The position numbers and the translations under genes were made by a program. From an uncultured Armatimonadetes bacterium (lineage in GTDB: Bacteria > Armatimonadota > UBA5829 > DTJY01), in the NCBI GenBank assembly GCA_963717145.1, contig OY970325.1:1792001-1856000 (forward strand): a stretch of DNA of 64,000 nt, given 5' to 3'. Below the pieces are notes generated by a model. The model made no database searches, was not told where the DNA came from, and worked only from the letters and a program-made list of their open reading frames with translations. How positions within the stretch are numbered: the first letter of the stretch is position 1; every line of letters starts with the position of its first letter. This document shows positions 18,325-29,021 of this stretch, one piece after another.

Positions 18325-18445
18325 TTCCCATTCGTGTGCGGGTGGCTTGAGAGCATGTGCTATCTCCTGGCCACACAACACCTCACAGCCCACAGAGCCG
18401 GTTCTTCTCCCCCGCTATTCGTCCATTCGTGTGATTCGTGTTTCA
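18325..18445. repeat. ATTCGTG-type repeat element between kdpA and kdpB
   Basis: CCATTCGTGTGCGGGTGGCTTGAGAGCATG and ATTCGTCCATTCGTG match 21001-21031 and 21088-21110. Confidence 0.7.
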
Positions 18446-20170
18446 GAAAAGCTTCCCCGCGTGCATCAGCCAGTGTTCGACGACCGGGCCGAGCGCGTAG
18501 GCGGGGAAGAATGTCAGCGCGCCCACGATGAGTATCACTCCCACGAGCAGCCCGACGAACAGCCCGCCCGTCGTCGGGAACGTGCCGCTCGACTGGGGCA
18601 CTGCTTTCTTCAAAGCCATCGATCCGGCGATCGCCATGATCGGGATAATGTAAAGGAACCGGCCGATCAGCATCGCCAGCCCTATCGTCAGGTTGTAGAA
18701 CCCGGTGTTAGCGGTAAGCCCTGCGAATGCGCTGCCGTTGTTGCCGGATCCCGATGTGAATGCGTAGAGTATCTCCGAGAGCCCATGCGGGCCCATGTTG
18801 AGACGCCCGGCCAGACCGGCTCCCGTAGATGCCGCGAGTGCTGAGAAACAGAGTATGCTCGCCTCCAGGACGAGCACCGACAGCATCGCCATCTTCATCT
18901 CCCTGGACTCGATCTTCTTGCCGAGGTACTCCGGCGTCCGTCCGACCATCAAGCCGGCGATGAAGACCGCCAGGATCGCGAACACGAGTATGCCGAGCAT
19001 TCCAGCCCCGACGCCGCCGAAGACGATCTCCCCGAGTGCGATATTCAACATCACCATCCCGCCCGCCAGCGGAGTGAAGCTGTCGTGCATGCTGTTCACC
19101 GCTCCGCATGAAGCGTCCGTGGTCAGAGTGGCAAAGAGCGCCGAGTTCGCGATGCCGAAGCGCACTTCCTTGCCCTCCATGTTTCCGCCGGACTGCATGG
19201 CAGTCTGAGTCTGGTCCGCTCCCAGATGAGTCAGGATCGGGTTGCCGGATTGTTCGCTCAGATAGACCACGGAGAGACCTGCAACGAACAGCACCCCCAT
19301 CGCGGCGAAGAGCGCCCATCCCTGCCCTTGATTCCGCGCGTACCGACCGAACGTATATGTCAGTCCCGCCGGGATCAGGAGGATCGAAAGCATCTGGAGG
19401 AAGTTAGTGAGCGGCGTCGGATTCTCGAAGGGATGAGCCGAGTTGCCGTTGAAGAAACCTCCTCCATTGATCCCCAGCATCTTGATCGCTTCCTGGGATG
19501 CGACCGGCCCCTGTGCGATCGTCTGTCTGGCATGCTCCACTGTAATCGCCGTCGTGTGGGGCGAGAGGTTCTGAATCACTCCCTGGGAGACAAGCATCAG
19601 CGCGAATATGAAGGAGAGTGGCAGGAGCACCCAGAGGATGCTCCGGGTCAGGTCCGACCAGAAGTTACCGATCTCACGGGCAGTCTGACGCGTGAGCCCT
19701 CGAATGAGAGCTATCGCCAGCGCCAGTCCGGTTGCCGCCGAGACGAAGTTCTGAACCGTGAGGCCTGCCATCTGCGTGAAGTGAGTAGCCGTGCTCTCCC
19801 CCGCGTAGGCCTGCCAGTTCGTGTTCGTGACGAAGCTAACGGCGGTATTGAAGGCCAGACCAGGCGTGAACCCACCGAAGTGCCCGGGGTTGAACGGGTG
19901 CAGGCTCTGGAGACGAAGCATCAGGTAGAGCAGCACGACGCCCGAGGCATTGAATAGCAGCATAGTCACGGTGTAGGTAGTCCAGCGCATCTCGCCCGTG
20001 GGATCGATGCCGCAGAGTCGGTAGATCGCCTTCTCCACGGGGCGGAGCACCGGGTCGAGGAGGGTGCGCTCCCCTTGGAACACCCGCGCCATGTACGAGC
20101 CGACCGGCTTGGTGAGGGCGCAGAGAAGTGTGATGAAGAGAAGAATCTGTACCAGGTCCGCAGTGTTCAA
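18443..20170 (-). CDS. kdpA: K+-transporting ATPase subunit A
   Basis: [52 protein letters not shown] start with GGAGG RBS. Confidence 0.98.
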   Translation of the reverse strand: MNTADLVQILLFITLLCALTKPVGSYMARVFQGERTLLDPVLRPVEKAIYRLCGIDPTGEMRWTTYTVTMLLFNASGVVLLYLMLRLQSLHPFNPGHFGGFTPGLAFNTAVSFVTNTNWQAYAGESTATHFTQMAGLTVQNFVSAATGLALAIALIRGLTRQTAREIGNFWSDLTRSILWVLLPLSFIFALMLVSQGVIQNLSPHTTAITVEHARQTIAQGPVASQEAIKMLGINGGGFFNGNSAHPFENPTPLTNFLQMLSILLIPAGLTYTFGRYARNQGQGWALFAAMGVLFVAGLSVVYLSEQSGNPILTHLGADQTQTAMQSGGNMEGKEVRFGIANSALFATLTTDASCGAVNSMHDSFTPLAGGMVMLNIALGEIVFGGVGAGMLGILVFAILAVFIAGLMVGRTPEYLGKKIESREMKMAMLSVLVLEASILCFSALAASTGAGLAGRLNMGPHGLSEILYAFTSGSGNNGSAFAGLTANTGFYNLTIGLAMLIGRFLYIIPIMAIAGSMALKKAVPQSSGTFPTTGGLFVGLLVGVILIVGALTFFPAYALGPVVEHWLMHAGKLF

Positions 20171-20186
20171 GGTTCACCTCCGGGCC

Positions 20187-20276
20187 TCAGAGCTGCTCGG
20201 GTCTGAGCAGCGCATAGAGGAGATACGCAAGCAGCCCGACGGCTATCAGTCCCACGATGATGTATTCTGTGCTCAT
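20187..20276 (-). CDS. kdpF: K+-transporting ATPase subunit F (not in ORF track)
   Basis: MSTEYIIVGLIAVGLLAYLLYALLRPEQL, typical YL.YALL.PE motif, directly upstream of kdpA. Confidence 0.93.
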   Translation of the reverse strand: MSTEYIIVGLIAVGLLAYLLYALLRPEQL

Positions 20277-20289
20277 GGATCGGACCCGC

Positions 20290-20373
20290 CTACAAGCGGT
20301 CTGCGGCGCGGACATACCACAGACAGAGGACAAAGAACAGGACGATAAGGCTCAGGTAGAAGAGATCGAACAT
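20290..20373 (-). CDS. 27-aa single-TM peptide upstream of kdpF
   Basis: MFDLFYLSLIVLFFVLCLWYVRAADRL with GGAGGAGG RBS; pattern typical of small kdp leader peptides. Confidence 0.8.
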   Translation of the reverse strand: MFDLFYLSLIVLFFVLCLWYVRAADRL

Positions 20374-20600
20374 TCCCTCTCCTCCTCCACGTCGGTCCGA
20401 ATCGATGCCGGATCGGCGTATCTCTCTATCCCGCGCGTCAGTGATGCCGGAGTCTCGTCCTTGTGCACCAATCGCGACGCATAGGCCGAGCGGCGGAACG
20501 ACTTGAGATCGTCGCTCCAGCAGTGGGCCTGGAATCGCGAATAGCACCAACCGAGCCCGCATATGGCCAGAAGAATGACGATATAGTCAAGATCACCCAT
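20352..20600 (-). CDS. Small membrane protein, first ORF of the kdp operon
   Basis: MGDLDYIVILLAICGLGWCYSRF N-terminus resembles the 27-aa peptide; GGGGGTG RBS; directly after a -10 box. Confidence 0.5.
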   Translation of the reverse strand: MGDLDYIVILLAICGLGWCYSRFQAHCWSDDLKSFRRSAYASRLVHKDETPASLTRGIERYADPASIRTDVEEERECSISST

Positions 20601-20641
20601 GTCTCACACCCCCATGTCGCCGTCGAAAGCGACCCACATAT

Positions 20642-20709
20642 ATCATACCAACATGGCTGTGAATCAGGCGTGAAGACGGGCGGCGCCGGTATAGAGATTC
20701 TGTGTAGGA
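20642..20709 (-). promoter_or_regulatory. kdp promoter with KdpE-box-like repeats
   Basis: Extended -10 TGGTATGAT. Upstream repeats CCTACAC, CTCTATAC, CTTCACGC, ATTCACAG loosely resemble the TTTATAC/TTTACAC KdpE site. Confidence 0.4.
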
Positions 20710-20715
20710 GTCACG

Positions 20716-21031
20716 ATGCAGAGGGGAAACACTGATCTCACGAATGGACGAATGCTCTGGGGACTAGAACCAGCGTCCTGGCCTTCGGTAACTCGCACGA
20801 TCAGAGATAGGTCATACTCTCAAGCAGCCGGTACACGAATGCAGAGAGAACACGAATCTCACGAACGGACGAATGCTCTGGGGACTAGAACCAGCGTCCC
20901 GGCCTTCGATAACTCGCACGATCAGAGATAGGTCATACTCTCAAGCAGCCGGTACACGAATGCAGTGCGAATCCCATTCATTCGCATCCCATTCGCCTCC
21001 CCATTCGTGTACCGGTAGCTTGAGAGCATGA
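20716..21031. repeat. 121-bp-period direct duplication plus inverted arm
   Basis: Near-identical copies at 20735-20844 and 20856-20965. CTCTCAAGCAGCCGGTACACGAATG is inverted at 21002-21026. Confidence 0.9.
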
Positions 21032-21102
21032 GCCATCGCCTGATCCACAGCCTACCTCGGACAACAGCCTGGTTTCATCCCCTGGATATTCGTCCATTCG
21101 TG

Positions 21103-23649
21103 CTATTCGTGTTCTCCGGAAAAGACGACGTCGTAGGTCCTCCCGGCCTTCAGGGTGACGATCGCATCGGAGGATCTGTTTGTGGTGAAGCTTATCTGGG
21201 CTTTGGTGGTGGAGTCAGTGATACGGGATACCCGCTGCCCCTCCTGCGGCCTGATGCGGAACTCGGCGGATCGCCCAGGACGGAGAGTCACGCGGTCAGC
21301 CTTCCCCCCGGACCAGTTGATGTCCACCTCGATGCTACCCCTTGCCCGCAGGCCGGTAACGCTGCCCTTCTTCCAAGACGAGGGGAGCGCCGGGAGGATC
21401 GCGATCGCGCCGTCGTGACTCTGGAGGAGCATCTCCGTGATGCCGGCGGTGACCCCGAAGTTCCCGTCGATCTGGAACGGCGGATGCGCGTCGAAGAGGT
21501 TCGCATACACCCCGCCGTGCAGGTAGTTGGTCTCGCTTGCGGACATGAAGTGGATCATCTGGCGAACCATCTTGTACGCGTGGTCCCCATCCAACAGCCG
21601 CGCCCAGAAGCAGACCTTCCACGCCATCGACCAGCCCGTGCCTGTATCGCCTCGGACGATCAGCGACTTCTTCGCCGCCTCGAACAAGTCGGGCGTGCCG
21701 GAGCAGGTGATCTGTCTCCCGGGATGGAGGGCGAAGAGGTGCGAGCAGTGACGGTGCTGTAGATCGACCTCTTCGAACTCATGCGCCCATTCCATCAGTC
21801 TCCCGTCCGAAGCGATTCCAGGTATGAGCAGGTTTCCACTGGCTTCTTGTACATCCCTGACAACCCCTGTCTCGATCCCGAGGTCCTTCGATGCCTCGAG
21901 GAAGTTGGTGAAGAGGTCCCAGATGATCTCCTGATCCATACTCGGGCCCATACTCATGTGCGCGACAGTGCCGTCCGCCGTTCGGAATCCGTTCTCCGGC
22001 GAGTTGGTCGGCCCGGATACCAGCTTGCCGGTCTCGGGTTCTTCCACGAGCCATGCCAGGCAGAACTCCGCCGATCCCTTCAGGACAGGGTATATCTTTC
22101 GGAGGAATACTTTGTCATTGCTGAACGCATAGTGCTCCCAGAGGTGCTGGCACATCCATGGGCCGCCCATGGGGAACAAGCCCCATCCGATCGACTCGCC
22201 CGGGGATGTATATCCCCAGACGTTGGCATACATATGAAGTGTCCAGCCCGGAAGCCCATAGTGCGCCTTCGCGGTTCTCTCGCCCGGCTTCACCAGTGTC
22301 TCCATGTAATCCACGAGCGGCTCAGCGCACTCGGTCAGATTGGCAGTCTCTGCGAGCCAGTAGTTCATCTGCAGGTTGATGTCGGTGTGGTAGTCGCAGT
22401 TCCAGGGCGTCTGAATCTCTTTGGCCCATACACCCTGGAGGTTCGCGGGGAGATCGCCGGGCCGGGAACTCGATATGAGCAGGTATCGCCCGTATTGATA
22501 GAGGAGAGTGACGAGGCCGATGTCCTCCGCGCCCGCATCGACCGCCTTGATCCGCTCGTCGGTGGGGAACCCCACCCCAACCCTCCCCGCGACAGGGAGG
22601 GAGCTATCGGAGAACCCCACCCCAGCCCTCCCCGCAACGGAGAGGGAGTTGCTCGCGGCTGCCGATGGTGCTCCCTCTCCGTTGCGGGGAGGGCTGGGGT
22701 GGGGTTCTCCTATGGACAGCTTCACCCGGTCGAAGAGCTTACTGAAGTCGGCGACATGTGCGGCCTTCATCTCTGAGTACTTCGTCGAGGCGGCGTTGTC
22801 GATATGCTTGCGAGTGATGCTCTCGAAGGGATCGCCCCGGAGGTCGGTGGCGGCTGAGATCAGGAGTGTGACGGAATCCGCGCTGGTGACGCGGAGGACT
22901 CCGCCTTCCGTGGACACTGTCCCCTTCTCGGCAACGGCCCTGAGTCGGGCCATGTATGAGACTCTGTCTCCACCGAAGCCGTCGCTCAGCCGCCCGGACA
23001 TCGTCACCTCGTCAGATCCGTTCGCTGTGACGGTGGCACGTTCAGGCCTGCTCAATCGCGCGGTGAAGGTGACCTTGCCCGGCTTGTCGGCGGTGATCCT
23101 GATCGCGATAACCTGTGCCGGCGCGCTGGCAAAGACCTCCCGCTTATATCGAACGCCATCCACGCGATAGCTTACCGAGGCGACCGCATTGTTGAGATCG
23201 AGTTCCCGGAGGTAGTCGGTACATTCATCGCCGTGGTCGAAGGTGAGACGCAGGTCGCCGAGGGTCTGATAGCATCCGAAGGGACTGCTGTTCGCCTGGC
23301 CCATAGACGAGCCCGGGCCCTTGCATATGAGCTTCTGAGCGGCCAACTCCTCGGCCTCGGCATACTTCCCCTCGAAGACCAACCGGCGGATCACGGGGAG
23401 CGCATCTTTGGCCTCGGGGTTGTCGGCATCCTGGGGGCCGCCCGACCACATGGTCTTCTCGTTGAGCTGGATATGCTCTTCCCCTACTCCACCGAAGACC
23501 ATCGCCCCGAGACGACTGTTCCCGACGGGAAGCGCCTCGACCCATTCGACGGCAGGCGCTTTGTACCAGAGCCGCAGATCGTCCGTGGCGGCATCGGCAT
23601 TGACCGCAGCGATCAGAGACATTGCCAGCATGATGATTCCCTTTCGCAT
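21103..23649 (-). CDS. GH95 alpha-L-fucosidase-like glycoside hydrolase with in-frame palindromic insertion
   Basis: Signal peptide; [64 protein letters not shown]. Confidence 0.95.
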   Translation of the reverse strand: MRKGIIMLAMSLIAAVNADAATDDLRLWYKAPAVEWVEALPVGNSRLGAMVFGGVGEEHIQLNEKTMWSGGPQDADNPEAKDALPVIRRLVFEGKYAEAEELAAQKLICKGPGSSMGQANSSPFGCYQTLGDLRLTFDHGDECTDYLRELDLNNAVASVSYRVDGVRYKREVFASAPAQVIAIRITADKPGKVTFTARLSRPERATVTANGSDEVTMSGRLSDGFGGDRVSYMARLRAVAEKGTVSTEGGVLRVTSADSVTLLISAATDLRGDPFESITRKHIDNAASTKYSEMKAAHVADFSKLFDRVKLSIGEPHPSPPRNGEGAPSAAASNSLSVAGRAGVGFSDSSLPVAGRVGVGFPTDERIKAVDAGAEDIGLVTLLYQYGRYLLISSSRPGDLPANLQGVWAKEIQTPWNCDYHTDINLQMNYWLAETANLTECAEPLVDYMETLVKPGERTAKAHYGLPGWTLHMYANVWGYTSPGESIGWGLFPMGGPWMCQHLWEHYAFSNDKVFLRKIYPVLKGSAEFCLAWLVEEPETGKLVSGPTNSPENGFRTADGTVAHMSMGPSMDQEIIWDLFTNFLEASKDLGIETGVVRDVQEASGNLLIPGIASDGRLMEWAHEFEEVDLQHRHCSHLFALHPGRQITCSGTPDLFEAAKKSLIVRGDTGTGWSMAWKVCFWARLLDGDHAYKMVRQMIHFMSASETNYLHGGVYANLFDAHPPFQIDGNFGVTAGITEMLLQSHDGAIAILPALPSSWKKGSVTGLRARGSIEVDINWSGGKADRVTLRPGRSAEFRIRPQEGQRVSRITDSTTKAQISFTTNRSSDAIVTLKAGRTYDVVFSGEHE
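22568..22706. repeat. Three REP-like units inside the GH95 gene
   Basis: Units at 22568-22603, 22613-22648 and inverted 22671-22706; same sequence as 2449-2616. Confidence 0.92.
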
Positions 23650-23669
23650 ATGAGACTCCTGGTTCTTGA

Positions 23670-23774
23670 TGTAGGAGGGATTTGTCGGGATGGTTTGTGC
23701 CGGACAATCCCGATCGACCCCCGCCGCCAATCGGGATTGTCGGGCACAAACCATCCCGACAAATCCCTCCTACA
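23670..23774. repeat. GTAG-type REP doublet
   Basis: TGTAGGAGGGATTTGTCGGGATGGTTTGTGCC ... GGCACAAACCATCCCGACAAATCCCTCCTACA. Confidence 0.9.
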
Positions 23775-23805
23775 CAGGCGGACGGGAGGCCGTTGAAGGC
23801 CTCCC

Positions 23806-25764
23806 CTACGGCGAGATGGTGTACTTGCCGGAATCGAAGTCGACGGTGACCGTCGTTCCATCCGCGAACGTCGCGCGCTGCTTGCGGCGGGATGCGTCGA
23901 GGAACTCGTGGTTCGTCATCTCCAGGAGGCCGACCCGCTTATGCAGGTCGCACATCTTCCGTACCTTCGCCAGCTCCTCCTTGCCCGGATCGATCGACAG
24001 GTATGGGATCCCCGCGTTGAGCAGTCCGTGGAGGTAGTTCGAGTCGGTATCTGGTATCCCCCACCCGCCCTTGTCGCCGGTCCCCCAGGGCAGAATGATC
24101 GCGTCGTGATAGACGAGATCGAACAGCGGCACGGGAATCCCCATCGCAGGCCCGGAGCCGGGATTCGGATCGAGCGGATACGGGCCGTGGTGGACGAGAT
24201 CGAGGTGCGGGACGGCATAGTCCGCAGGTTCCTCGGAACTCACCACACCGAGCTGAGCCCGCACGATATCGAAGCACTCGCCCCGGTACTTCAGGCAGTC
24301 GGCGCGAGTCACCGGATGCTCGGGGTTGTAGCACTCATCCGGCGGGACGACCGCGAATACGTCGAGGTACGCACCCTTGACCTTGATCCCGTGATCGAGC
24401 AGCGCCTTGTGATTCCGCTTCACATATCCCGGAGCGAAACTGGAACAGAGGATCGACTGCTTCCCTCCGTACCACGTGCTCTCGAGTGGCCGAGAGCCGT
24501 CCTCCCGGATGATCGTGCGGCTCTCCGAGTAGGATGCGGCGTCGTGGTAATAGTCGCGATACTGGTCGTGGATCGCGAAGACGTAGCCGAGCTTCTCGCA
24601 GGTGTCGGCGAGGCGACTAATCCCCTCGAATCCGCCTGCTTCGGGAGCAGGCGGCAGGATGTCGGGATGGAGGTTGTCGTAGCCACGGAATCCCCAGCCG
24701 TCGAGGTGGACGTAGGCGCGCTTCACTCCCAGTGCGGACAGCGACTTCAACTCCTCGGCGCGCGCATCGAATGTCACGACCTGATGGTTCTTCGACGAGT
24801 CGTTCTTGTCGTAGTAGCTCGACTCGGGCTGGATATTGGTGAGGATGCTGGTGTGGACGACAGGACTCCCGATCAACTGCCCGACGAGCGGACTCCGGGC
24901 GATCTTCTCCCTGAGCGAGACGAAGTGCCCGGTCTCGATGACGTATTGCCTGTACCGCTTGGCCAGAGTGACGTAGTTCCCCTCATCGAAGAACGCGATC
25001 CTCGCGCGTCGGGGATATCCGAGCTTCCCGAGGGAGTGCACCCATCGGCATTCCATCAGCGTCGGTCCGCCCGCGGGGTGATCCATCACGCATCCGGCGT
25101 CCTCGGGCGTCTCCAGGATCAAGATCGCGGCCGCCTTGCCCTTCTGCGCGCCCCACCAGGGCATATAGAGCCCCCGCCCGTAGGACATGGGATCGTACAG
25201 GTAGACCTTGCTCGGCCAGTCCTTTGGGAGGAGCATCCCCTGCATCGCCGGGATGACGGTGGCATCGACCGTGCTCGGCTCGAATGCTTTCGGCCACCGG
25301 AGTTCCTTGATCTTCGCGCTCCCCTCGGTCGGGATGACATCGCAGATGAGGTCCTCGGTCGATCCTTCGAGGGCGAGAATGAGTTCCAGACCGAAGCCCA
25401 GGGGATTGAACTCCCGCAGGTGGATCTTGAGGCCCGTGACCCGCCCGGTGTCGCACCGGGAGACCTCCATCTTCCCCGATGTCAGCGCCAGGGAGACCCG
25501 CTTGCCGTCCGATTCGACGGTGAGATCATCCGGCTGAGACGCTCTCATCTTCCACACATTGGACCCGGACTTGATCGTGACGACCAGGTCGGCCTCGTTG
25601 AGCGTCACCGTCCGATGCGCGCCCTTGATGGTCCACACTCGTCCGTCCTGCGTGACGGAGATCGTCTTGCTCGAAAGGAAATCCTCAGGTTTCATCTGGG
25701 CCTCCTCGGATAGGGCATTGCATACCGGAATGAGAATCAACACTAGGATGGCAAGCAGTCGCAT
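23806..25764 (-). CDS. GH129-like (DUF5696) alpha-N-acetylgalactosaminidase-type hydrolase
   Basis: Signal peptide; YVHLDGWGFRGYDNLHPD, HDQYRDYY, AYLDVF, SSEE, PVPLFDLVYHD. Confidence 0.8.
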   Translation of the reverse strand: MRLLAILVLILIPVCNALSEEAQMKPEDFLSSKTISVTQDGRVWTIKGAHRTVTLNEADLVVTIKSGSNVWKMRASQPDDLTVESDGKRVSLALTSGKMEVSRCDTGRVTGLKIHLREFNPLGFGLELILALEGSTEDLICDVIPTEGSAKIKELRWPKAFEPSTVDATVIPAMQGMLLPKDWPSKVYLYDPMSYGRGLYMPWWGAQKGKAAAILILETPEDAGCVMDHPAGGPTLMECRWVHSLGKLGYPRRARIAFFDEGNYVTLAKRYRQYVIETGHFVSLREKIARSPLVGQLIGSPVVHTSILTNIQPESSYYDKNDSSKNHQVVTFDARAEELKSLSALGVKRAYVHLDGWGFRGYDNLHPDILPPAPEAGGFEGISRLADTCEKLGYVFAIHDQYRDYYHDAASYSESRTIIREDGSRPLESTWYGGKQSILCSSFAPGYVKRNHKALLDHGIKVKGAYLDVFAVVPPDECYNPEHPVTRADCLKYRGECFDIVRAQLGVVSSEEPADYAVPHLDLVHHGPYPLDPNPGSGPAMGIPVPLFDLVYHDAIILPWGTGDKGGWGIPDTDSNYLHGLLNAGIPYLSIDPGKEELAKVRKMCDLHKRVGLLEMTNHEFLDASRRKQRATFADGTTVTVDFDSGKYTISP

Positions 25765-25773
25765 TTCGTCCTC

Positions 25774-27612
25774 CTATTGTGCCAGACACTCGATCGCAGA
25801 GACCGAGAGCGCGGGCAGAATGATCTGGGAATCCGATTCAGGGAGGTCCACGGCCTTCACTCTGTCCGGCGCGGTCCAGTGGTTCATCAGGTCCGGCTGC
25901 CCGGCACTGAGGGCGTCGCCTACGACCTCGCCGCCGATGGGCCGGAAACCTACCCCGAACTCGCTGAGATCGAGCGGCAGTTCGACCGGCTCCGACCTGG
26001 TGTTGACCGCGAATATGCAGAGCGACTCCCCGTCCTCCGATACGCACGCCATGACATCGACTCCCTCCGGCGCGTTCTCGACTGTGACGGGGATCGGCTT
26101 ACGGTGATCCGCGTAGAGCTTCATCACGTGGTAGCTCGGGCGCTTGAGCAGGCCGGACGGGAGCGTGGCGATCATGCCGCTCCCGAGGCTGTTCGTCATG
26201 TTGGAACGGCATGCGATATCCACGATGTTCGAGTAGCGCATCAGCAGGTTCAGGTAGCGCGCATTCTGCAGAGCGCCCACGAGGGTCTTGAACCGCTCGC
26301 GACCGACTCCCCATTCGCCCGCCGAGACGTTCCACTCGGTGACGGCGATCCGTATGTGGCCGCAACCCGGCGTGTTCGCGATCATCCCGGAGAGCTTCTT
26401 GAAGTCGGCCCCGCACGCGGCGAAATCTGGCGTGTAGTGGTGCGGGCCGATGTAGTCGATCTCCGCGCCGACCTTGTCCAGCATCTCCTGCGACGGGAAC
26501 GAAGCCATCAGGACCGCCTTCGGATCCGCCTGCTTCATCAACCTGCAGAACTCAGGCAGGCCATTGATGTAGTCCGCGTTCCCAAGCTCGTTTCCGAGCT
26601 GCCAGTACTTAACTCCATAGGGCTTCGGATGGCCGTTCGCGGCTCTCTTCGCTCCCCATTCGGTATGACCGTCGCCGTTGCAGTACTCCACGAGGTCGGC
26701 GGCGCTCTGAGCACCATCAGAGAAGCTGATGCAGATCAGCGGCTCAGCGCCGACGTGCTCGCAGAACCGGCAGAACTCATCTATCCCCACGTCGTTCGAG
26801 TCGATCCGGCCCCAGACCGTGTTGTGAAACGGCGCGCGCCGATCTCTGTCGCCGATGCCATTCTTCCACCGGTACCCGCCGGGGTCGCACACCGAGCCGC
26901 CCCAGCGGATGATGCCGGGCCTGGCCTCCTTGACCGCCTGCACGACATCTGCGCGCCAGCCGTCGATGTTGTCCATCGGCATGAGGGAGAGCTTGTCCGC
27001 CCAGACGCTCCCAATGCCTCTGGCCCTCAACTCGAACACCGCGCGGTCGGTCGTGCCGGTCGAGATCATCTTTGCCGTGTACTTCGTCCACTTTTCGGAG
27101 AGCTTCGGAATCTTCGCCGACGCGAGTTCCATCCAGTTGCCGTCGGGGAGCATCGTCTTGAGGACGACCTCGGCCCCAGCGTCCCTGTCGCCTCGCAGAT
27201 AGCCTGAGAAGCGGTAGGTCATGCCCTTTCTCGCCGCCAGTCCGGACTGCGTCAGGCTCGCGGGCGAGGTCAGTTTCGCGCATCTGGGACCGTTGAACGG
27301 ATCGAGCGAGGAGAACTCCGTCTGCGCGTCGTAGATCCAGGTGTCATTCGCGTCCCACTCCCGGTCGCAGATGTTCGGCTCGCCGGTGGAGTAGCACCAG
27401 GAGGACGGCTTCATCACGCTCTCGAACGAGCGGGCGTTCAGCATTTCGGCCCACATCCCCGGGATCAGGTCGTCGAGCAGTTCCATGAAGCCGCCGAAGA
27501 GCATCGGGCTGATCCGCCCCGAGTGCATCGGCTGCGGCCCGACCTTCGTTGCCGCCGCCTGGGCGCATTGCACGACGGCCAGAAGAGCAAGACCTGTGCT
27601 GATCATCTTCAT
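25774..27612 (-). CDS. GH51 alpha-L-arabinofuranosidase-like protein
   Basis: Signal peptide; ISPMLFGGFME, IRWGG, YRWKNGIG, VEYCNG, YWQLGNE, IAVTEWN. Confidence 0.9.
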   Translation of the reverse strand: MKMISTGLALLAVVQCAQAAATKVGPQPMHSGRISPMLFGGFMELLDDLIPGMWAEMLNARSFESVMKPSSWCYSTGEPNICDREWDANDTWIYDAQTEFSSLDPFNGPRCAKLTSPASLTQSGLAARKGMTYRFSGYLRGDRDAGAEVVLKTMLPDGNWMELASAKIPKLSEKWTKYTAKMISTGTTDRAVFELRARGIGSVWADKLSLMPMDNIDGWRADVVQAVKEARPGIIRWGGSVCDPGGYRWKNGIGDRDRRAPFHNTVWGRIDSNDVGIDEFCRFCEHVGAEPLICISFSDGAQSAADLVEYCNGDGHTEWGAKRAANGHPKPYGVKYWQLGNELGNADYINGLPEFCRLMKQADPKAVLMASFPSQEMLDKVGAEIDYIGPHHYTPDFAACGADFKKLSGMIANTPGCGHIRIAVTEWNVSAGEWGVGRERFKTLVGALQNARYLNLLMRYSNIVDIACRSNMTNSLGSGMIATLPSGLLKRPSYHVMKLYADHRKPIPVTVENAPEGVDVMACVSEDGESLCIFAVNTRSEPVELPLDLSEFGVGFRPIGGEVVGDALSAGQPDLMNHWTAPDRVKAVDLPESDSQIILPALSVSAIECLAQ

Positions 27613-29009
27613 TCCGATCCTCCATGCATCGGGACGACATACGGCCCCTCCGGTATGACCGCGATCCGACGGTCGCCGCTCTCACGGATCGCCCGGACGA
27701 TGTCGTCGATCATGCCCACTCCTGTCAGCTCGGCGTCGGCGGCGGACAGGCATGGCGCATGGACATGTATCCTGCCCGCAAGCATCGCCTTGAGCTGCAT
27801 TTGCGTCTGCCATTCGTCGATCGACGCCGACTGCTTGTTCGCTATTTCCAGCACAAATCCCTGGGGACCGAGCGTGATCAGCCGCCGTTGGGCATCGACG
27901 TACTCCGCCGATCCCATTCCCTCCGAGCACTCCGAGACGATGAAGAGGTCGCCGCCCGGCTCGAGGATATCCATCGCCCCGACCATCCCTTTGACCGTCT
28001 GGTAGTAGGTCTTGTCGAGCGGATATCCGCCTGCGCTCGTGACGACCGTGCGGTACCTTCGCCCGACCCGCGACTCGACATAGGGCCGGATGAACGACAC
28101 CGCCGCATAATGGCTCTCCTCGATACCGCCGAAATCGATGTACGCCGGTCGACGGTCTGCATCAATGACCACGTTGACGGCAAAGATACCGAGAGAACCA
28201 GGCCGTCGCACACCGTAGGGGCGATCCTTCAACGGTCGCCCGCCAGATTGGCTAGCAGCCTCCACGGCCTGAGCGGGCGACCGTGGAAGGATCGCCCCTA
28301 CGGTGTTCAGCGGTTTCGCGTTGCAGTCGCCGGCCATACGGGCGATCTGAAGCAACTCCTCGTGGACCGGGTTGCCTTTCATGATGCAGTTCGCCGCTCG
28401 GGGATGCGCGAGAAGTCCCGCGCGATGGAGCGAGACGATGGTGCTGTGATGAGCGATCCCCGGCGCGATCAGCTTCCGTCCGCCTGAGTACCCCGCCATG
28501 AAGTGCGGCTCGACCAGGCCGACGACGATCCGCAGGTCGGCATCGAGGAATCGCCGGTCGAGGCGGACCGGAGTGCCCCGACTCGTCTCGCCCAGATACA
28601 CATGGGCATCGTCGTCACGGGCGAAGTGGTTGGCGATCATGACGTTGCTCAGGATGGGATCGTCGCCCACAAGCTCACTCAACTCGTCGCCCTCATTCGG
28701 GCGATGGAGACCGGTCGCGACGAGGACGGTGATCCACTCGGCGGGGATGCCGGCGTCGATCAGGCGACTGACGAGAATGGGCAGGATCAGCGAGTTGGGG
28801 ACCGGGCGGGTGATGTCGCAGATCAGGATACACGCGCTCCGGCATCCCTGGGCTTCTTCCTCCAGAGCGCCCGCCGACAAGGCGTCGTCGAGGCTCGCGG
28901 CCGGGTCATTGAGGACCGGCATCGGTTTCGTGGCAATGATATCGACCTCCCAATCGTCAGGGAAATTGAGCGGGAGGCCTGTTCGACCATATCGCATCAC
29001 GACTTGCAT
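27609..29009 (-). CDS. larA: Nickel-pincer lactate racemase (LarA) family protein with in-frame REP insertion
   Basis: CDITRPVP, ATGLHRP, NHFARD, EPHFMAGYSGGRK, GGYPLDKTYYQTVKG, ECSEGMG. Substrate unknown. Confidence 0.88.
   Translation of the reverse strand: MQVVMRYGRTGLPLNFPDDWEVDIIATKPMPVLNDPAASLDDALSAGALEEEAQGCRSACILICDITRPVPNSLILPILVSRLIDAGIPAEWITVLVATGLHRPNEGDELSELVGDDPILSNVMIANHFARDDDAHVYLGETSRGTPVRLDRRFLDADLRIVVGLVEPHFMAGYSGGRKLIAPGIAHHSTIVSLHRAGLLAHPRAANCIMKGNPVHEELLQIARMAGDCNAKPLNTVGAILPRSPAQAVEAASQSGGRPLKDRPYGVRRPGSLGIFAVNVVIDADRRPAYIDFGGIEESHYAAVSFIRPYVESRVGRRYRTVVTSAGGYPLDKTYYQTVKGMVGAMDILEPGGDLFIVSECSEGMGSAEYVDAQRRLITLGPQGFVLEIANKQSASIDEWQTQMQLKAMLAGRIHVHAPCLSAADAELTGVGMIDDIVRAIRESGDRRIAVIPEGPYVVPMHGGSE
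28210..28306. repeat. GTAG-type REP doublet inside larA
   Basis: ACACCGTAGGGGCGATCCTTCAACGGTCGCCCG ... CGGGCGACCGTGGAAGGATCGCCCCTACGGTGT; same family intergenic at 30920-31026. Confidence 0.93.
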
Positions 29010-29021
29010 GTCCCAGTCCTC

